Source: an uncultured Acidobacteriota bacterium (GTDB taxonomy: Bacteria; Acidobacteriota; Thermoanaerobaculia; Multivoradales; UBA5704). From it: a stretch of 64,000 nt of DNA. Positions 49,356-58,732 of the stretch are shown piece after piece; within the stretch, counting starts at the first letter, position 1, and each line of letters starts with the position of its first letter. The translations under genes and the position numbers were made by a program. Under the pieces are notes generated by a model, which saw only the letters and a list, made by a program, of their open reading frames with translations, had not been told where the DNA came from and ran no database searches. The stretch is from assembly GCA_963761805.1 (NCBI GenBank), contig CAVXIV010000023.1, positions 609,378-673,377 on the forward strand, written 5' to 3'.

Positions 49356-50359
49356 TGAAGGCTCCTGTCCCGCCCTCCTCTCCCTGGCAGCTCGTCTACG
49401 GCGGAGCGCACCGGCTGCGCTGGCGGTGGTACCGGGAACGGGCGAAGCGGCTTCCCCGGCCCGTGGTGAGCGTCGGCAATCTGCACTGGGGAGGATCCGG
49501 GAAGACACCCCTGGTGGCGGCTGTCGCCAGGCATCTGCGGGACCGAGGGCTCGCCGTCTGCGTCCTCTCCCGTGGCTACGGCGGCAAAGGGGAGGGGGTG
49601 CGGGTGGTCAGCACGGGCGAGGGTCCGCTCCTGGGTCCCCGGGTGGCGGGGGACGAGCCGGTCCTGCTGGCGGGCGAGCTGCCGGGCGTCGCCGTGGTCG
49701 TGGGCCCCGACCGCCACGAAGCCGGGCTCCAGGCCCTGCGGCGGCTGGACCCGGCTCCCGACCTCTTCTTATTGGACGACGGCTTCTCCCATCTGCGCCT
49801 CGCCCGCGACCTCGATCTTGTCGCCTTCCCGGCCGCCGATCCCTTCGGCGGCGGCCGCCTCTTCCCCTCGGGCCGCCTGCGCGAGCCCCTGGCCGCGATG
49901 GCCCGGGCGGACGCGGCGATCCTGACCGGCTCTGAAGATACCGCCGCGGCCCGGGAGCTGACTGAGGCCCTGCGTCCCTACGGCTTCACCGGTCCCGGCT
50001 TCGCCAGCGCCACCCGCCCGGGCGAGCCCCGTCTCGCCCCCGGCGCCCGGGTCTTCCTGGCCACCGCCATCGCCCGGCCGGAGAGCTTCGCCGCGACCGT
50101 CCGCGGCCTCGGCTTCGACGTCGCCGGCGAGATGCGCTTCCCGGACCACCACGCCTATCCCCCCGCCAGCCTCCAGCGCATCCAGGAGGCTTTCCGGTCC
50201 AGCGGCGCCGAGACCGTGCTCACCACCTCCAAGGACCGCGTCAAGCTCCACGGCCGCCTGGACGTCCCCCTGGCCGAGCTGCCCATCCGCGCCGAGCCCG
50301 AGCCGGCGTTCTGGGAGTGGTTGGAGGGGAGGATCGGGGAGCTTCGGGAGGAACGTTGA
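49352..50359 (+). CDS. lpxK: tetraacyldisaccharide 4'-kinase
   Basis: VVSVGNLHWGGSGKTPLV P-loop, LSRGYGG, LLDDGFSH. ATG overlaps the waaA stop (ATGA). Confidence 0.85.
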   Translation: MMKAPVPPSSPWQLVYGGAHRLRWRWYRERAKRLPRPVVSVGNLHWGGSGKTPLVAAVARHLRDRGLAVCVLSRGYGGKGEGVRVVSTGEGPLLGPRVAGDEPVLLAGELPGVAVVVGPDRHEAGLQALRRLDPAPDLFLLDDGFSHLRLARDLDLVAFPAADPFGGGRLFPSGRLREPLAAMARADAAILTGSEDTAAARELTEALRPYGFTGPGFASATRPGEPRLAPGARVFLATAIARPESFAATVRGLGFDVAGEMRFPDHHAYPPASLQRIQEAFRSSGAETVLTTSKDRVKLHGRLDVPLAELPIRAEPEPAFWEWLEGRIGELREER

Positions 50360-50417
50360 TGCTCTCAGAACTTTACAGCGCCTCTCAGATTTTTCCGGCG
50401 GCGCTCAGAATCCTCCG

Positions 50418-51299
50418 ATGAAGAACCGTCCCGTCCGCCACCGCGTCGAGTACGGCTTTTATCTGGCCATCAAGGGATTCCTGCGCGCCCTCTCTCCGGA
50501 CGGCGCCCGCGCTTTCGGCCGCGCTCTGGGGGGATTGGCGCACCGCCTCGACCGCCGGCATCGCGAGGTGGCGCTGCGCAACATGGCCCTGGCGCTGCCG
50601 GAGATCCCGGAGGCAGAGCGGCGGCGTCTGGTCCGGGCCTGCTTCCGCCATTTCGGCGCGGCCCTCTGCGACGCCATCTCCTCGACCCGCTACGGCGCCC
50701 GCGATCTCTGCCACCGATGCTCGCTGGTGGGCTGGGAGAACCTCGAGGAGGCGGAGCGGCGGGGCAAGGGGACCTTCATCCTCTCCGCCCACCTGGGGTT
50801 CTGGGAGCTGGTCCCGCCCATGATCGGCCTCACCCGCGGCCGCATGGACACCGTCTTCCGTCCGGCGGACAACCCCTGGCTGGACCGCGAGGTGCGCGCT
50901 CTCCGCGAGCGCTTCGGCAACGCCGTGATCCCCAAGCGTGGCGCCGCCCGCAAGATGCTGGAGGTGCTGCGGTCCGGCGGCCGGGTGGGCATCCTGATCG
51001 ACCAGCGGGTGCAGGAGAAGGAGGGCATCCAGGTCCCCTTCTTCGGCCGCCCCGCCCTGACCAGCCCCGTCCTCGCCCGCCTCTCCCTGCGGACCGGAGC
51101 GGCCGTGGTCCCGATCACCTGTTACCCCGAGCCGCGAGGCCGCTACCGCATCGTGGTCCGCCCGGCGATCCTCCCTCTGGAAGGAGAGGACGGGGACGAA
51201 GCCGTGGCCGCCCTCACCCGCCGGTATTTAGAGGTAGCGGAGGAGGACATCCGGGCGCATCCGGAGATGTGGCTTGTGGATGCACCGGCGGTGGGATGA
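50418..51299 (+). CDS. lipid A biosynthesis (LpxL/HtrB-family) lysophospholipid acyltransferase
   Basis: Family-typical FILSAHLGFWEL (HX4-type acyltransferase context) and ILIDQRV. Follows waaA-lpxK. Confidence 0.8.
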   Translation: MKNRPVRHRVEYGFYLAIKGFLRALSPDGARAFGRALGGLAHRLDRRHREVALRNMALALPEIPEAERRRLVRACFRHFGAALCDAISSTRYGARDLCHRCSLVGWENLEEAERRGKGTFILSAHLGFWELVPPMIGLTRGRMDTVFRPADNPWLDREVRALRERFGNAVIPKRGAARKMLEVLRSGGRVGILIDQRVQEKEGIQVPFFGRPALTSPVLARLSLRTGAAVVPITCYPEPRGRYRIVVRPAILPLEGEDGDEAVAALTRRYLEVAEEDIRAHPEMWLVDAPAVG

Positions 51300-51314
51300 G
51301 CGGAAGAAGTGAGG

Positions 51315-51780
51315 TTACGGCTCATTCATCTCGTCGCGATACCGGAAACTCCTGTCTGCCAGATGGACTCGCAGCTCGCGATAAAGCCGCTTCTCCTCAA
51401 AGGGCCGGCGATCCAGGCCCTCGATTCCGCAGTGCCCGTCCGCTCCAGGCAACTCCGAGAGCGGGGGATCCAGCGGATCGCGCAAGACTCTTCAGGCGTC
51501 GGTCGAGGCCGGCGACCTGAATCTGCCGGACGGCTTCAACCCGGAGCCCGAAAGCCGCGGATTCAGCCTGCACTCCTCGGATGACCAGGGCTTGCGCCAC
51601 TGTGGTCCTGACACCCTCGAAGACGGAAAGCAGAGGAGGAGAACCTGTCTCCTCGGCGCGCCGTTTGTCGTTCTCGCTTAACTCGAAGTGCGAGACGTGG
51701 AGTTTTTCAGAGTCCGGTGGGAAGGTGTCTTTGAGAGTCGCAAGCCGGAAGATGGTGCCCCGCTCTAGCTCCTCCATCAC
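51315..51780 (-). pseudogene. hypothetical protein, apparent frameshift near 51465
   Basis: Frame 1: MMEELERGTIFRLATLKDTF..VRQIQVAGLDRRLK. Continues plausibly in another frame (DPPLSELPGADGHCGIEGLDRRPFEEKRLYRELRVHLADRSFRYRDEMNEP*). Lower-GC region. No family recognised. Confidence 0.4.
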
Positions 51781-52166
51781 CCTTTCTCGAGAGTCCGCCG
51801 CAGATACGAGAACATCTCGGGGGAAAAGAAGCCGACCTGGATGTCTTCCTGGCTGGCCCGGGCTTCCGATTCGCGGTCCATGTAGAACCAGTCGTACTTG
51901 CCGTCAGGCGTGACGTCAATCTCGAAATGATGCCGGCCCTTGTCCCAGGTCATGGAGAGCCCCCCCGTCGGGGTTACCGCCGCGTGGGGAGGGCGCACTC
52001 TTTCATCCCCTCTTTCGAGAGCGCTCCAGAGATCCCGGATCTGCTTTGCGCACGTGGGTGTGAGTGGCCCCTGAGGTTGAGCCAGTCCTCGGACGAAAGA
52101 CTCCCAGGAAAGCGATGGGTCCTCGACCGGGTGCGTCATTCCGAGTCGTCCATATCCTGCGGCCAT
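51777..52166 (-). CDS. hypothetical protein (~129 aa) coupled to the downstream ORF
   Basis: ATG (MAAGYGRLGMTHP) after a ggaggg RBS. Stop overlaps the next start (ATGA). No family recognised. Confidence 0.45.
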   Translation of the reverse strand: MAAGYGRLGMTHPVEDPSLSWESFVRGLAQPQGPLTPTCAKQIRDLWSALERGDERVRPPHAAVTPTGGLSMTWDKGRHHFEIDVTPDGKYDWFYMDRESEARASQEDIQVGFFSPEMFSYLRRTLEKG

Positions 52167-52230
52167 GTTTTCCCTCCAAGCATAGGATACAACGGCGACT
52201 CCTGGATTGGGAATTCCTGGCCGCGTCTCC

Positions 52231-52983
52231 CTACTTTTTCCCACCGCAGAGCTGGAAGTAATTCAAGAACTCCGCGATCTTCGCCGGATCGGCGGCGGAG
52301 CCGGCGTAGCTCGCTTCCTGGACCGGCTGGTCCGGGGCCGGATCGGGGCCGAACCAGATGCCCGTGCGGAGGCGGCCGGCGCCGCAGTCGGGCATCACCA
52401 TGGTGACGATCCCTCGGCTGTTGCCGCTGTCGCTGCCCTTGCCGGAGATCGAGCCGCGGCTCGCGGCGTAGAGGACCTTCGTGCCGCCGGCCTGCACCTC
52501 GCCCCGCCGGATCACGTCCTCGGGATCGAAGCGCACGTTGGCGTCGAAATTGGTGTCCTTGGGCGGCGGCCCCTCGCCGCGGATGTAGCGCTCCATCTCC
52601 TGCCGGTTGTTCCGCATCTCGCGCATGTTGAAGAAGATGAAGCCACGCTCCTTGAAACCGTCGCTGCTGTCCTGGGGGTTCTCGCCGGGCGCGAACTCGC
52701 GGTCCGAGAGCATGGCCATCTCCATGACCATGGGGACGGAGAAGGCGAAGGCGGGATGGTAGCCGGCGGGGAGCTGGTCGTAGGGAAGCACCGCCTTCAC
52801 CCTCTCCTCACGCTTGACCGGGTCGTTCATCGACTCCCCGAAGTCCTTGGCGGTGCGGTAGCCCCACCAGGTCAGCCCCGCCATGGCGAACATCGCGAGC
52901 ACCACGGCGAGGCCGCAGCCCACGACCACGTAGATCCAGGGAGAGGTGGCCTTCTTCTGCGGACGTCCGCTGTAGGGATCCAT
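52231..52983 (-). CDS. membrane-anchored hypothetical protein
   Basis: N-terminal TM helix WIYVVVGCGLAVVLAMFAMAGL. 250 aa with coding-like composition. Confidence 0.6.
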   Translation of the reverse strand: MDPYSGRPQKKATSPWIYVVVGCGLAVVLAMFAMAGLTWWGYRTAKDFGESMNDPVKREERVKAVLPYDQLPAGYHPAFAFSVPMVMEMAMLSDREFAPGENPQDSSDGFKERGFIFFNMREMRNNRQEMERYIRGEGPPPKDTNFDANVRFDPEDVIRRGEVQAGGTKVLYAASRGSISGKGSDSGNSRGIVTMVMPDCGAGRLRTGIWFGPDPAPDQPVQEASYAGSAADPAKIAEFLNYFQLCGGKK

Positions 52984-52985
52984 GG

Positions 52986-54923
52986 CTACATTTTATCCGG
53001 AACGGGCACGCCGAGCAGCTCGCTCAACGTCTCCAGGCAGCGGCGGAAGATCTGCGCCGTGGCCAGCCGGGCCGCCCGCACCCGCGGATCCTTCTCCTGG
53101 AGGATCGGATTGGTGCGGTAGAAGGTGTTGAACCGCTGCGCCACCTCCAGGGCGTGGCGGGCGATCAGGGAGAGCTCCAGCGACTCCGCCGCCTTCTCGA
53201 CCGTCTCGCTGGTCTGGGCGACTTGGAGGATCAGGTCCCACATGTCCTCGCCCCACAGCTCGTGGCCGACGGCGGCGACCTCGTCCGCGAAGACGTCGGC
53301 CGGCATCCCCTCCTGCTGCAGCCGGCGGCGGATGTTGCGCGCCCGCACCACGGAGTACTGGAGGTAGGGGCCGGACTCCCCTTCGAAGGACAGCGCCTCG
53401 TCGAAGTCGAAGGCGATGACCCGGTTGTTGGTCGCCTTGATCATGAAGAACCGCAGGGCGGCGGTGGCGATCTGGCGGGCCAGGGCGTCGAGCTCGGCGT
53501 CCCCCAGGTCGGGATTGCGCTTCTGGGTCTCCTCCCGCGCCTTGAGGATGAGCTGGTCGATCAGGTCGTCCGCCTTGACGCCGATCCCCTTGCGGCCGGA
53601 CATCTCCAGCCGCTTTTCGTCCTCGGCCGACTCCTCGATATAGCCGAGCTGGCGGGCGGTGGCCGGCGAGAGGGCGACCATCTCGTAGGCGAAGTGGACC
53701 GAACGCTCCGCCTCGGCGGTGTGGTCCAGGGCCTGGAGGCCGGCGCGGACGATCTTCTGGAGATAGCTCTGGCGCACGTCGATGACGTTGAAGACCCGCC
53801 AGGCGCGGCCGAAGAGAGGATGCACCTCGACACCGTCGTGGACGGTCTCCCAGACCCCTTCCTCAGCCCAGAAGCGGTAGCCGAAGTCGCGGCCCAGCAG
53901 GCCGAACTTCCAGAGCTGGTAGGCGATGTCCTTGCCCACGTAGGTCACCGTGCCGTCGGAGCGGATGATGACCTTGTCCGGGTCCTCCAGGCCGGCGAAC
54001 TCCTCGGCCTGCGACAGCGGCATGACCCAGCAGCCGGCGTTCTTGCCGTCTTTTTCCAGCCGCACGGCCCCCGTCTCCTTGAGGAGGCCGAAGGCGTGCT
54101 CGAAGAACCGCTGCCCCAGGATCTCGCTCTCGCGGGTCAGCAGGTCGTAGGAGACCTCGATCCGGCGCATGGTGGCGAGATGGCGGGAGACGATCCGCCG
54201 GGCGATCAGGCGGCCCATCTCCGCCCGCTCGCCTTGGCCGATCTCCATCTGGTGGAGGGTATCGCGGCGGAGCGTCTGGCGCCCGGCCTTTCCTTCGGCA
54301 TCCTCTTCATACCAGCGGCCGACCTCGCTGTAGAGGTCCCAGCAGTAGTAGTCGAAAGGCTCGGGGATGGCCGCCACGTCCGCCAGCGAGAGGCCGCGCA
54401 AGTCGACGAAGCCCACCACCACGTCGGCGAGCTGGACGCCGGTGTCGTCGATGTAGTTCTGGATCTCGACCGGGTATCCCAGGCTCTTCAGGGAGCGGCC
54501 GAGGACGTCGCCGAGCACGGCGTTGCGCAGGTGGCCGATGTGGGCCGCTTTGTTGGGGTTGATGTTGGTGTGCTCGATGACCACCTTGCCGCCGCGCGGA
54601 GCGCCGCCGCCGTCCACGAGGGGGGCGTCCAGCAGGGCGGCGGCGAAGGCGGGCCGGTCGAGGAAAAAATTGAGGAAGCCTGCCCCCTCGACCCGCACGT
54701 CGCGCACGATGCCGGGCCGCTCCAGGGCGGCGGCCAGCTCTTCGGCGATGGCGCGGGGGTTGCGCTTGAGCACCCGGGCGAGCTGCAGGCCGGCCGGCGA
54801 GGAAAGGTCGCCCAGCTCGCGCCGCGGCGGCACCTCGAGAACCGGCTCGTGCTCGACGCCGAAACGCTCCTGGATCGTGGCGGCCAGGGCGGCCGCGAGT
54901 CCTTTCTTCAGCTCCGTCCACAT
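52986..54923 (-). CDS. argS: arginine--tRNA ligase
   Basis: ArgRS N-domain (PRRELGDLSSPAGLQLARVLKRNPRAIAEEL), HIGH-type AAHIGHLRN, MSGRKG loop, DALR-type C-terminus ending in M. Confidence 0.9.
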   Translation of the reverse strand: MWTELKKGLAAALAATIQERFGVEHEPVLEVPPRRELGDLSSPAGLQLARVLKRNPRAIAEELAAALERPGIVRDVRVEGAGFLNFFLDRPAFAAALLDAPLVDGGGAPRGGKVVIEHTNINPNKAAHIGHLRNAVLGDVLGRSLKSLGYPVEIQNYIDDTGVQLADVVVGFVDLRGLSLADVAAIPEPFDYYCWDLYSEVGRWYEEDAEGKAGRQTLRRDTLHQMEIGQGERAEMGRLIARRIVSRHLATMRRIEVSYDLLTRESEILGQRFFEHAFGLLKETGAVRLEKDGKNAGCWVMPLSQAEEFAGLEDPDKVIIRSDGTVTYVGKDIAYQLWKFGLLGRDFGYRFWAEEGVWETVHDGVEVHPLFGRAWRVFNVIDVRQSYLQKIVRAGLQALDHTAEAERSVHFAYEMVALSPATARQLGYIEESAEDEKRLEMSGRKGIGVKADDLIDQLILKAREETQKRNPDLGDAELDALARQIATAALRFFMIKATNNRVIAFDFDEALSFEGESGPYLQYSVVRARNIRRRLQQEGMPADVFADEVAAVGHELWGEDMWDLILQVAQTSETVEKAAESLELSLIARHALEVAQRFNTFYRTNPILQEKDPRVRAARLATAQIFRRCLETLSELLGVPVPDKM

Positions 54924-54983
54924 TGCGGCGTGGAGTCTACACTATGAGGATCGGCGAGCCTTGATATCATCCCAGGGGGAGGG

Positions 54984-55562
54984 ATGATGGCGGAAATGGC
55001 TGAGGACAAAGCCGGCGACCGGGCCGACAACAGGGTGGTCGTGACGATGGACCGGACCCAGCTCGAATTGATCGAGGGGGACATCACCGATCTGGAGGTC
55101 GACGCCATCGTCAACGCCGCCAACGAGCAGCTCCAGCTCGGGACCGGAGTGGCCGGGGCCATCCGCCGCAAGGGCGGGGCCTCGATTCAGGAGGAGTGCA
55201 ACCGCATCGGCGGCACTCCGGTGGGGACGGCGGTGATGACCGGCGCGGGCAGTCTCAAAGCCAAGCAGGTGATCCACGCCGTGGGGCCCATGATGGGCCA
55301 GGGGGACGAGGACAAGAAGCTGGCCGCGGCCGTGCGCGCCGCCCTGGCGCTGGCGGACCGGCGGGGCATGAAGTCCATCGCGCTGCCGGCCATCTCCACC
55401 GGCAACTTCGGCTTCCCCATCGAGCGGGCCGCCCGCATCATGCTGACCGAGATCCACCGCTTCCTCCAGGGGGGCACCAAGCTGGAACGGGTGGTCCTCA
55501 GCCTCCACGGCGAGGAGGCCTTCAACGTCTTCAAGCGCGAGCTGCGCCGCGGGTTCCGGTAG
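54984..55562 (+). CDS. macro-domain protein (ADP-ribose / O-acetyl-ADP-ribose binding or hydrolase)
   Basis: GDITDLEVDAIVNAANEQLQLGTGVAGAI .. VIHAVGP .. SIALPAISTGNFGFP. Confidence 0.85.
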   Translation: MMAEMAEDKAGDRADNRVVVTMDRTQLELIEGDITDLEVDAIVNAANEQLQLGTGVAGAIRRKGGASIQEECNRIGGTPVGTAVMTGAGSLKAKQVIHAVGPMMGQGDEDKKLAAAVRAALALADRRGMKSIALPAISTGNFGFPIERAARIMLTEIHRFLQGGTKLERVVLSLHGEEAFNVFKRELRRGFR

Positions 55563-55566
55563 CGGC

Positions 55567-56376
55567 TTGAGCGACCGGCTGCCGCCCGCCGTCGTCCTGG
55601 TCCGCCCCCGGGAAGAGGGCAACGTCGGGTCCACCGCGCGGGCGATGGCCAACATGGGCCTGGACCGCCTGATCCTGGTGGAGCCCGCCGCGCCCTTCGG
55701 CAAGGTGGCCGTCGCCTTCGCCGTGGGGGCGAAGCGGGTGCTCGACGGCGCCGTCCGCGCCGCCAGCCTGGAGGAGGCCCTGGCCCCCTTCCGGCGGGTG
55801 GTGGGGACCACCTCGACGCGGGACCGGCGGCTGGGCGTCCCCGTCCTCGATCCCAGGGAGCTCCCCGGCTGGCTGGCTCAGGACCCGCCGGACACCCCGA
55901 CCGCCCTGGTCTTCGGCCCCGAGGTCGGGGGGCTGACCAACGAGGAGCTGGCCCTGGCGAGCGCGGTCGTCACCATCCCCTGCTCGCCGGTCCAGCCCAC
56001 CCTGAACCTCGGCCAGGCCGTGCTGATCCTCGCCTACGAGCTGTTCCAGTCCCGGGGCGAAGCCCTCGTCCCGTCCGCCGGGGCCGAGGCTCCCGCCACC
56101 GCCGCCGAGCTGGACGGCCTGCTGGGCCACGCCGCCGGCGTGATGCGGCGGGTCGGCTTCGCCCGCGACTCTTCCTTCGAAGGGGTGCTGCGCGACCTGC
56201 GGCGCCTGGCCGCGAGGGCGGCGCCGTCGAGCCGGGACGTGGCGATCCTGCGGGGAATCTGCCGGCGGACGGAGGGGGCGTTGGGGAAGAACCCTCACCC
56301 CCTGGCCCGGTCGATCTCACATGGGCCCGACCCCTCCCTCCCTCCCTCACCGGGAGAGGGGGAAGAACCGGGCTAG
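55567..56376 (+). CDS. SpoU/TrmH-TrmJ family RNA 2'-O-methyltransferase; C-terminal tail encoded by a repeat element
   Basis: VLVRPREEGNVGSTARAMANMGL, LVFGPEVGGLTNEEL, IPCSPVQPTLNLGQAVLILAYE. The last ~25 aa (HPLARSISHGPDPSLPPSPGEGEEPG) are repeat-derived. Non-ATG start is assumed. Confidence 0.8.
   Translation: MSDRLPPAVVLVRPREEGNVGSTARAMANMGLDRLILVEPAAPFGKVAVAFAVGAKRVLDGAVRAASLEEALAPFRRVVGTTSTRDRRLGVPVLDPRELPGWLAQDPPDTPTALVFGPEVGGLTNEELALASAVVTIPCSPVQPTLNLGQAVLILAYELFQSRGEALVPSAGAEAPATAAELDGLLGHAAGVMRRVGFARDSSFEGVLRDLRRLAARAAPSSRDVAILRGICRRTEGALGKNPHPLARSISHGPDPSLPPSPGEGEEPG
56291..56362. repeat. GC-rich palindromic repeat element, single arm (long variant)
   Basis: accctcaccccctggcccggtcgatctcacatgggcccgacccctccctccctccctcaccgggagaggggg. 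Confidence 0.7.
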
Positions 56377-56933
56377 CTCACGTCCTCGTCGTCGTCGTCT
56401 TCCTTCGGGACCGCCAGCTTGGTGAAGCCGCGGGTGACCATCTGGTAGGTCAGCGCGGCCATGCAGCGGCGGGCCACCTTGCGGACGCTGGAGGGGTGGT
56501 AGCCCATGCGCTCGGCGACCTCGCCGGAGTCGTAGCCGAGGCCGTAGCGCAGACGGAGGAGCTTGCGGCAGCGCGGCGGCAGCTCCTCGAGGAGGTTGTT
56601 GAGGTCCCACAGCAGCTCGGAGCGCTCCTGCGGCGCCGCGACCGGCTCGGAGAGCAGCTCCAGGATGGCGGTGTCGACCGAGTTGTAGAGGTTGTTGCGC
56701 CGCTTGCGCCAGTAGACCACGCAGCGGTTGCGCAGGGTGACGAGCAGCCACGCCTCGGGGTCCTGGATCACGTCCCACTTCTGGATGGTCGAGATCAGGG
56801 CTTCCTGGACCAGGTCTTCCGCGTCATGCGCGGGAATGCGATAGCGGCCGAGGACCTGCTTAAGCCTCGGGCGGAGCCGTCGCAGAAGCTGGTCCAGCGA
56901 CTCTCTTTCCGTCGGTTGTCTGGACACTGCCAT
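56373..56933 (-). CDS. ECF-type sigma-70 family sigma factor
   Basis: Region 2 (AEDLVQEALISTIQKW..WLLVTLRNRCVVYWRK) and region 4 (LPPRCRKLLRLRYGLGYDSGEVAERMGYHPSSVRKVARR). The ATG at 56933 is preferred over the TTG at 56984. Acidic C-terminal tail. Confidence 0.8.
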   Translation of the reverse strand: MAVSRQPTERESLDQLLRRLRPRLKQVLGRYRIPAHDAEDLVQEALISTIQKWDVIQDPEAWLLVTLRNRCVVYWRKRRNNLYNSVDTAILELLSEPVAAPQERSELLWDLNNLLEELPPRCRKLLRLRYGLGYDSGEVAERMGYHPSSVRKVARRCMAALTYQMVTRGFTKLAVPKEDDDDEDVS

Positions 56934-57064
56934 TTGCCGTTCGTCGTCCTGCCGAGGAAAGCTCCCACCGTTCGCGTCCGGCAATGATAACCCGGAAGGG
57001 TGCTCTTTCCCAGACGTTGTGCTGGATTCCAGCGCGGGAAGTGGGTGATAGACTCCAGCCCCGC

Positions 57065-57745
57065 ATGATTACGACCGCCGAGAACCGTTCCCGCGTCGCT
57101 CTGAGCCTCCGGCGTGCGCCGGTCATCGGGGTGGTGCGCACCGCCTCCCTGGAGGAGGCCCGCTCCCAGGCCCGGACGCTGGCCGAGTGCGGCGTCGAGC
57201 TGGTCGAGATCACCTTCACCGTGCCGGGAGCCCCGGGTCTGGTCCGGGAGCTGCTGGCGGCCCGGGGCGGCGAGGGACCGCCCTGGTTCGGCATGGGCAC
57301 CGCCACCAACGCCGTCCGCGCCCGCGAGGCGGTCGCGGCGGGCGCCGAGTTCCTGGTCACGCCCAACGTCAGCGCCGAGGTGGCCGCGGTGGCCCGGGAG
57401 GCGGGACTGTTCCTGGTCATGGGCGCGCTCACCTGCACGGAGATCGTGACGGCCAGCGAGCTGGGGGCGGACCTGATCAAGGTCTACCCGCTGCCCACGG
57501 TGGGCGGACCGGCCTACCTCTCGACCATCCGCGGGCCGCTGGGGGACATCCCCATGCTGGCCGCCGGCGGCTTCGGCGTCGAGGAAATCCCGGCCTACGC
57601 CCGGGCCGGCGCGGTGGCGTTCGGCCTCGGCGCCCCGCTGCTCGGCGTGGGCGCCGGCGAGGACGAGCCCCGGCGCCGCATCGCCCGAGCCCTCGCCCTG
57701 GCCCGGGGCGAGTCCGTCGCCGCTACTCTTGAGGAGGAGAAATGA
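57065..57745 (+). CDS. eda: KDPG/KHG aldolase family protein
   Basis: PVIGVVR .. GVELVEITFTVPGA .. GMGTATN .. FLVTPNV .. DLIKVYP .. AAGGFG pattern typical of Eda. Confidence 0.75.
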   Translation: MITTAENRSRVALSLRRAPVIGVVRTASLEEARSQARTLAECGVELVEITFTVPGAPGLVRELLAARGGEGPPWFGMGTATNAVRAREAVAAGAEFLVTPNVSAEVAAVAREAGLFLVMGALTCTEIVTASELGADLIKVYPLPTVGGPAYLSTIRGPLGDIPMLAAGGFGVEEIPAYARAGAVAFGLGAPLLGVGAGEDEPRRRIARALALARGESVAATLEEEK

Positions 57746-58158
57746 GCTCAACCCCGCCCCGGCAGGTCGTGTTCGACGCCACGCCCGAGATCTTCGCCAC
57801 CGACACCGCGGGTTCCTTCACCTATCCCCTGCTGGTGGCCGGCAAGGCGTTCCTGGGCACCAGCTCCTACGACGAGGTGCGCTTCGTCTTCTCGATCTGG
57901 CACCCCTCGGGGCAGCGCACCATCGACCTCGACCGCGCCTACGTCGAGCTGCGCGCCAACTTCGACCCGGACGAGGACCACTGGACCAAGATCGCCGAGA
58001 TCGAGCCCGTGGTCCCGCCCTACGCCGGCGGAGAGAGCTTCGACGGCTGGATCGTGCTGCCGATCCTGGGCAGCACCAGCGCCTTCGCCGTCGTCGGCAG
58101 CGGATTCGAGGCGCGGGCGCGCCTGCAGATCCGCGCCAGCGCCTATTTCGTGGCCTGA
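57742..58158 (+). CDS. hypothetical protein (138 aa)
   Basis: ATG overlaps the eda stop (ATGA). Coding-like, probably beta-rich. No motif recognised. Confidence 0.5.
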   Translation: MSSTPPRQVVFDATPEIFATDTAGSFTYPLLVAGKAFLGTSSYDEVRFVFSIWHPSGQRTIDLDRAYVELRANFDPDEDHWTKIAEIEPVVPPYAGGESFDGWIVLPILGSTSAFAVVGSGFEARARLQIRASAYFVA

Positions 58159-58172
58159 GGAAGGAGATAGGG

Positions 58173-58475
58173 ATGAGCAGCCTGCGAGCCTACCTGGTCT
58201 TCAGCGGAAGCGGCCCGCTCCTGCTGCTGTCCAGCTTCCCCAAGCTCACGGACGAGCGGCTGGTCAGCAAGCTCCGCTACAAGGGGATCGACAAGTTCTT
58301 TGCCTACGAGGTGGACATGGACGCCGTCAAGGAGCGCTACGCCGCCTCCTTCGACACCGTGGCCAAGGACCTCGAAGGCGTCGAGGACATGCGGGTGCTC
58401 GACTTCAACGGGCACCAGATCATGACCAATTTCCACCGCGACCGGCTGGGGGAGCCGATCAAGTTCGAGGGCTGA
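58173..58475 (+). CDS. hypothetical small protein (100 aa)
   Basis: ATG at 58173 after an aaggag RBS. Followed by a GC hairpin (~58486-58530). Confidence 0.6.
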   Translation: MSSLRAYLVFSGSGPLLLLSSFPKLTDERLVSKLRYKGIDKFFAYEVDMDAVKERYAASFDTVAKDLEGVEDMRVLDFNGHQIMTNFHRDRLGEPIKFEG

Positions 58476-58732
58476 CCTCCCCCCTCCGCGCCCCCCCCGA
58501 GGGGATGTCCCGTTTCCGACGGGGGCGCGCACTACATAGACAGCATTCCAAGTTCTCTTGAAGTCCTCTGATCCTCAAAGGCGCTGAAGTGGTAGTGCGC
58601 CCCGCCGCCGGCCTTGTTCCTAGGGGGGCCCGGCGGCGGGACGCGAGTTCCCTCCCTTACCGTCCGCCGCCTCCCAGGGGGTGTCCGGCGCGTCGCGATC
58701 TGACGTAAGATTTCCGCGGCCTGCCGAAACCC

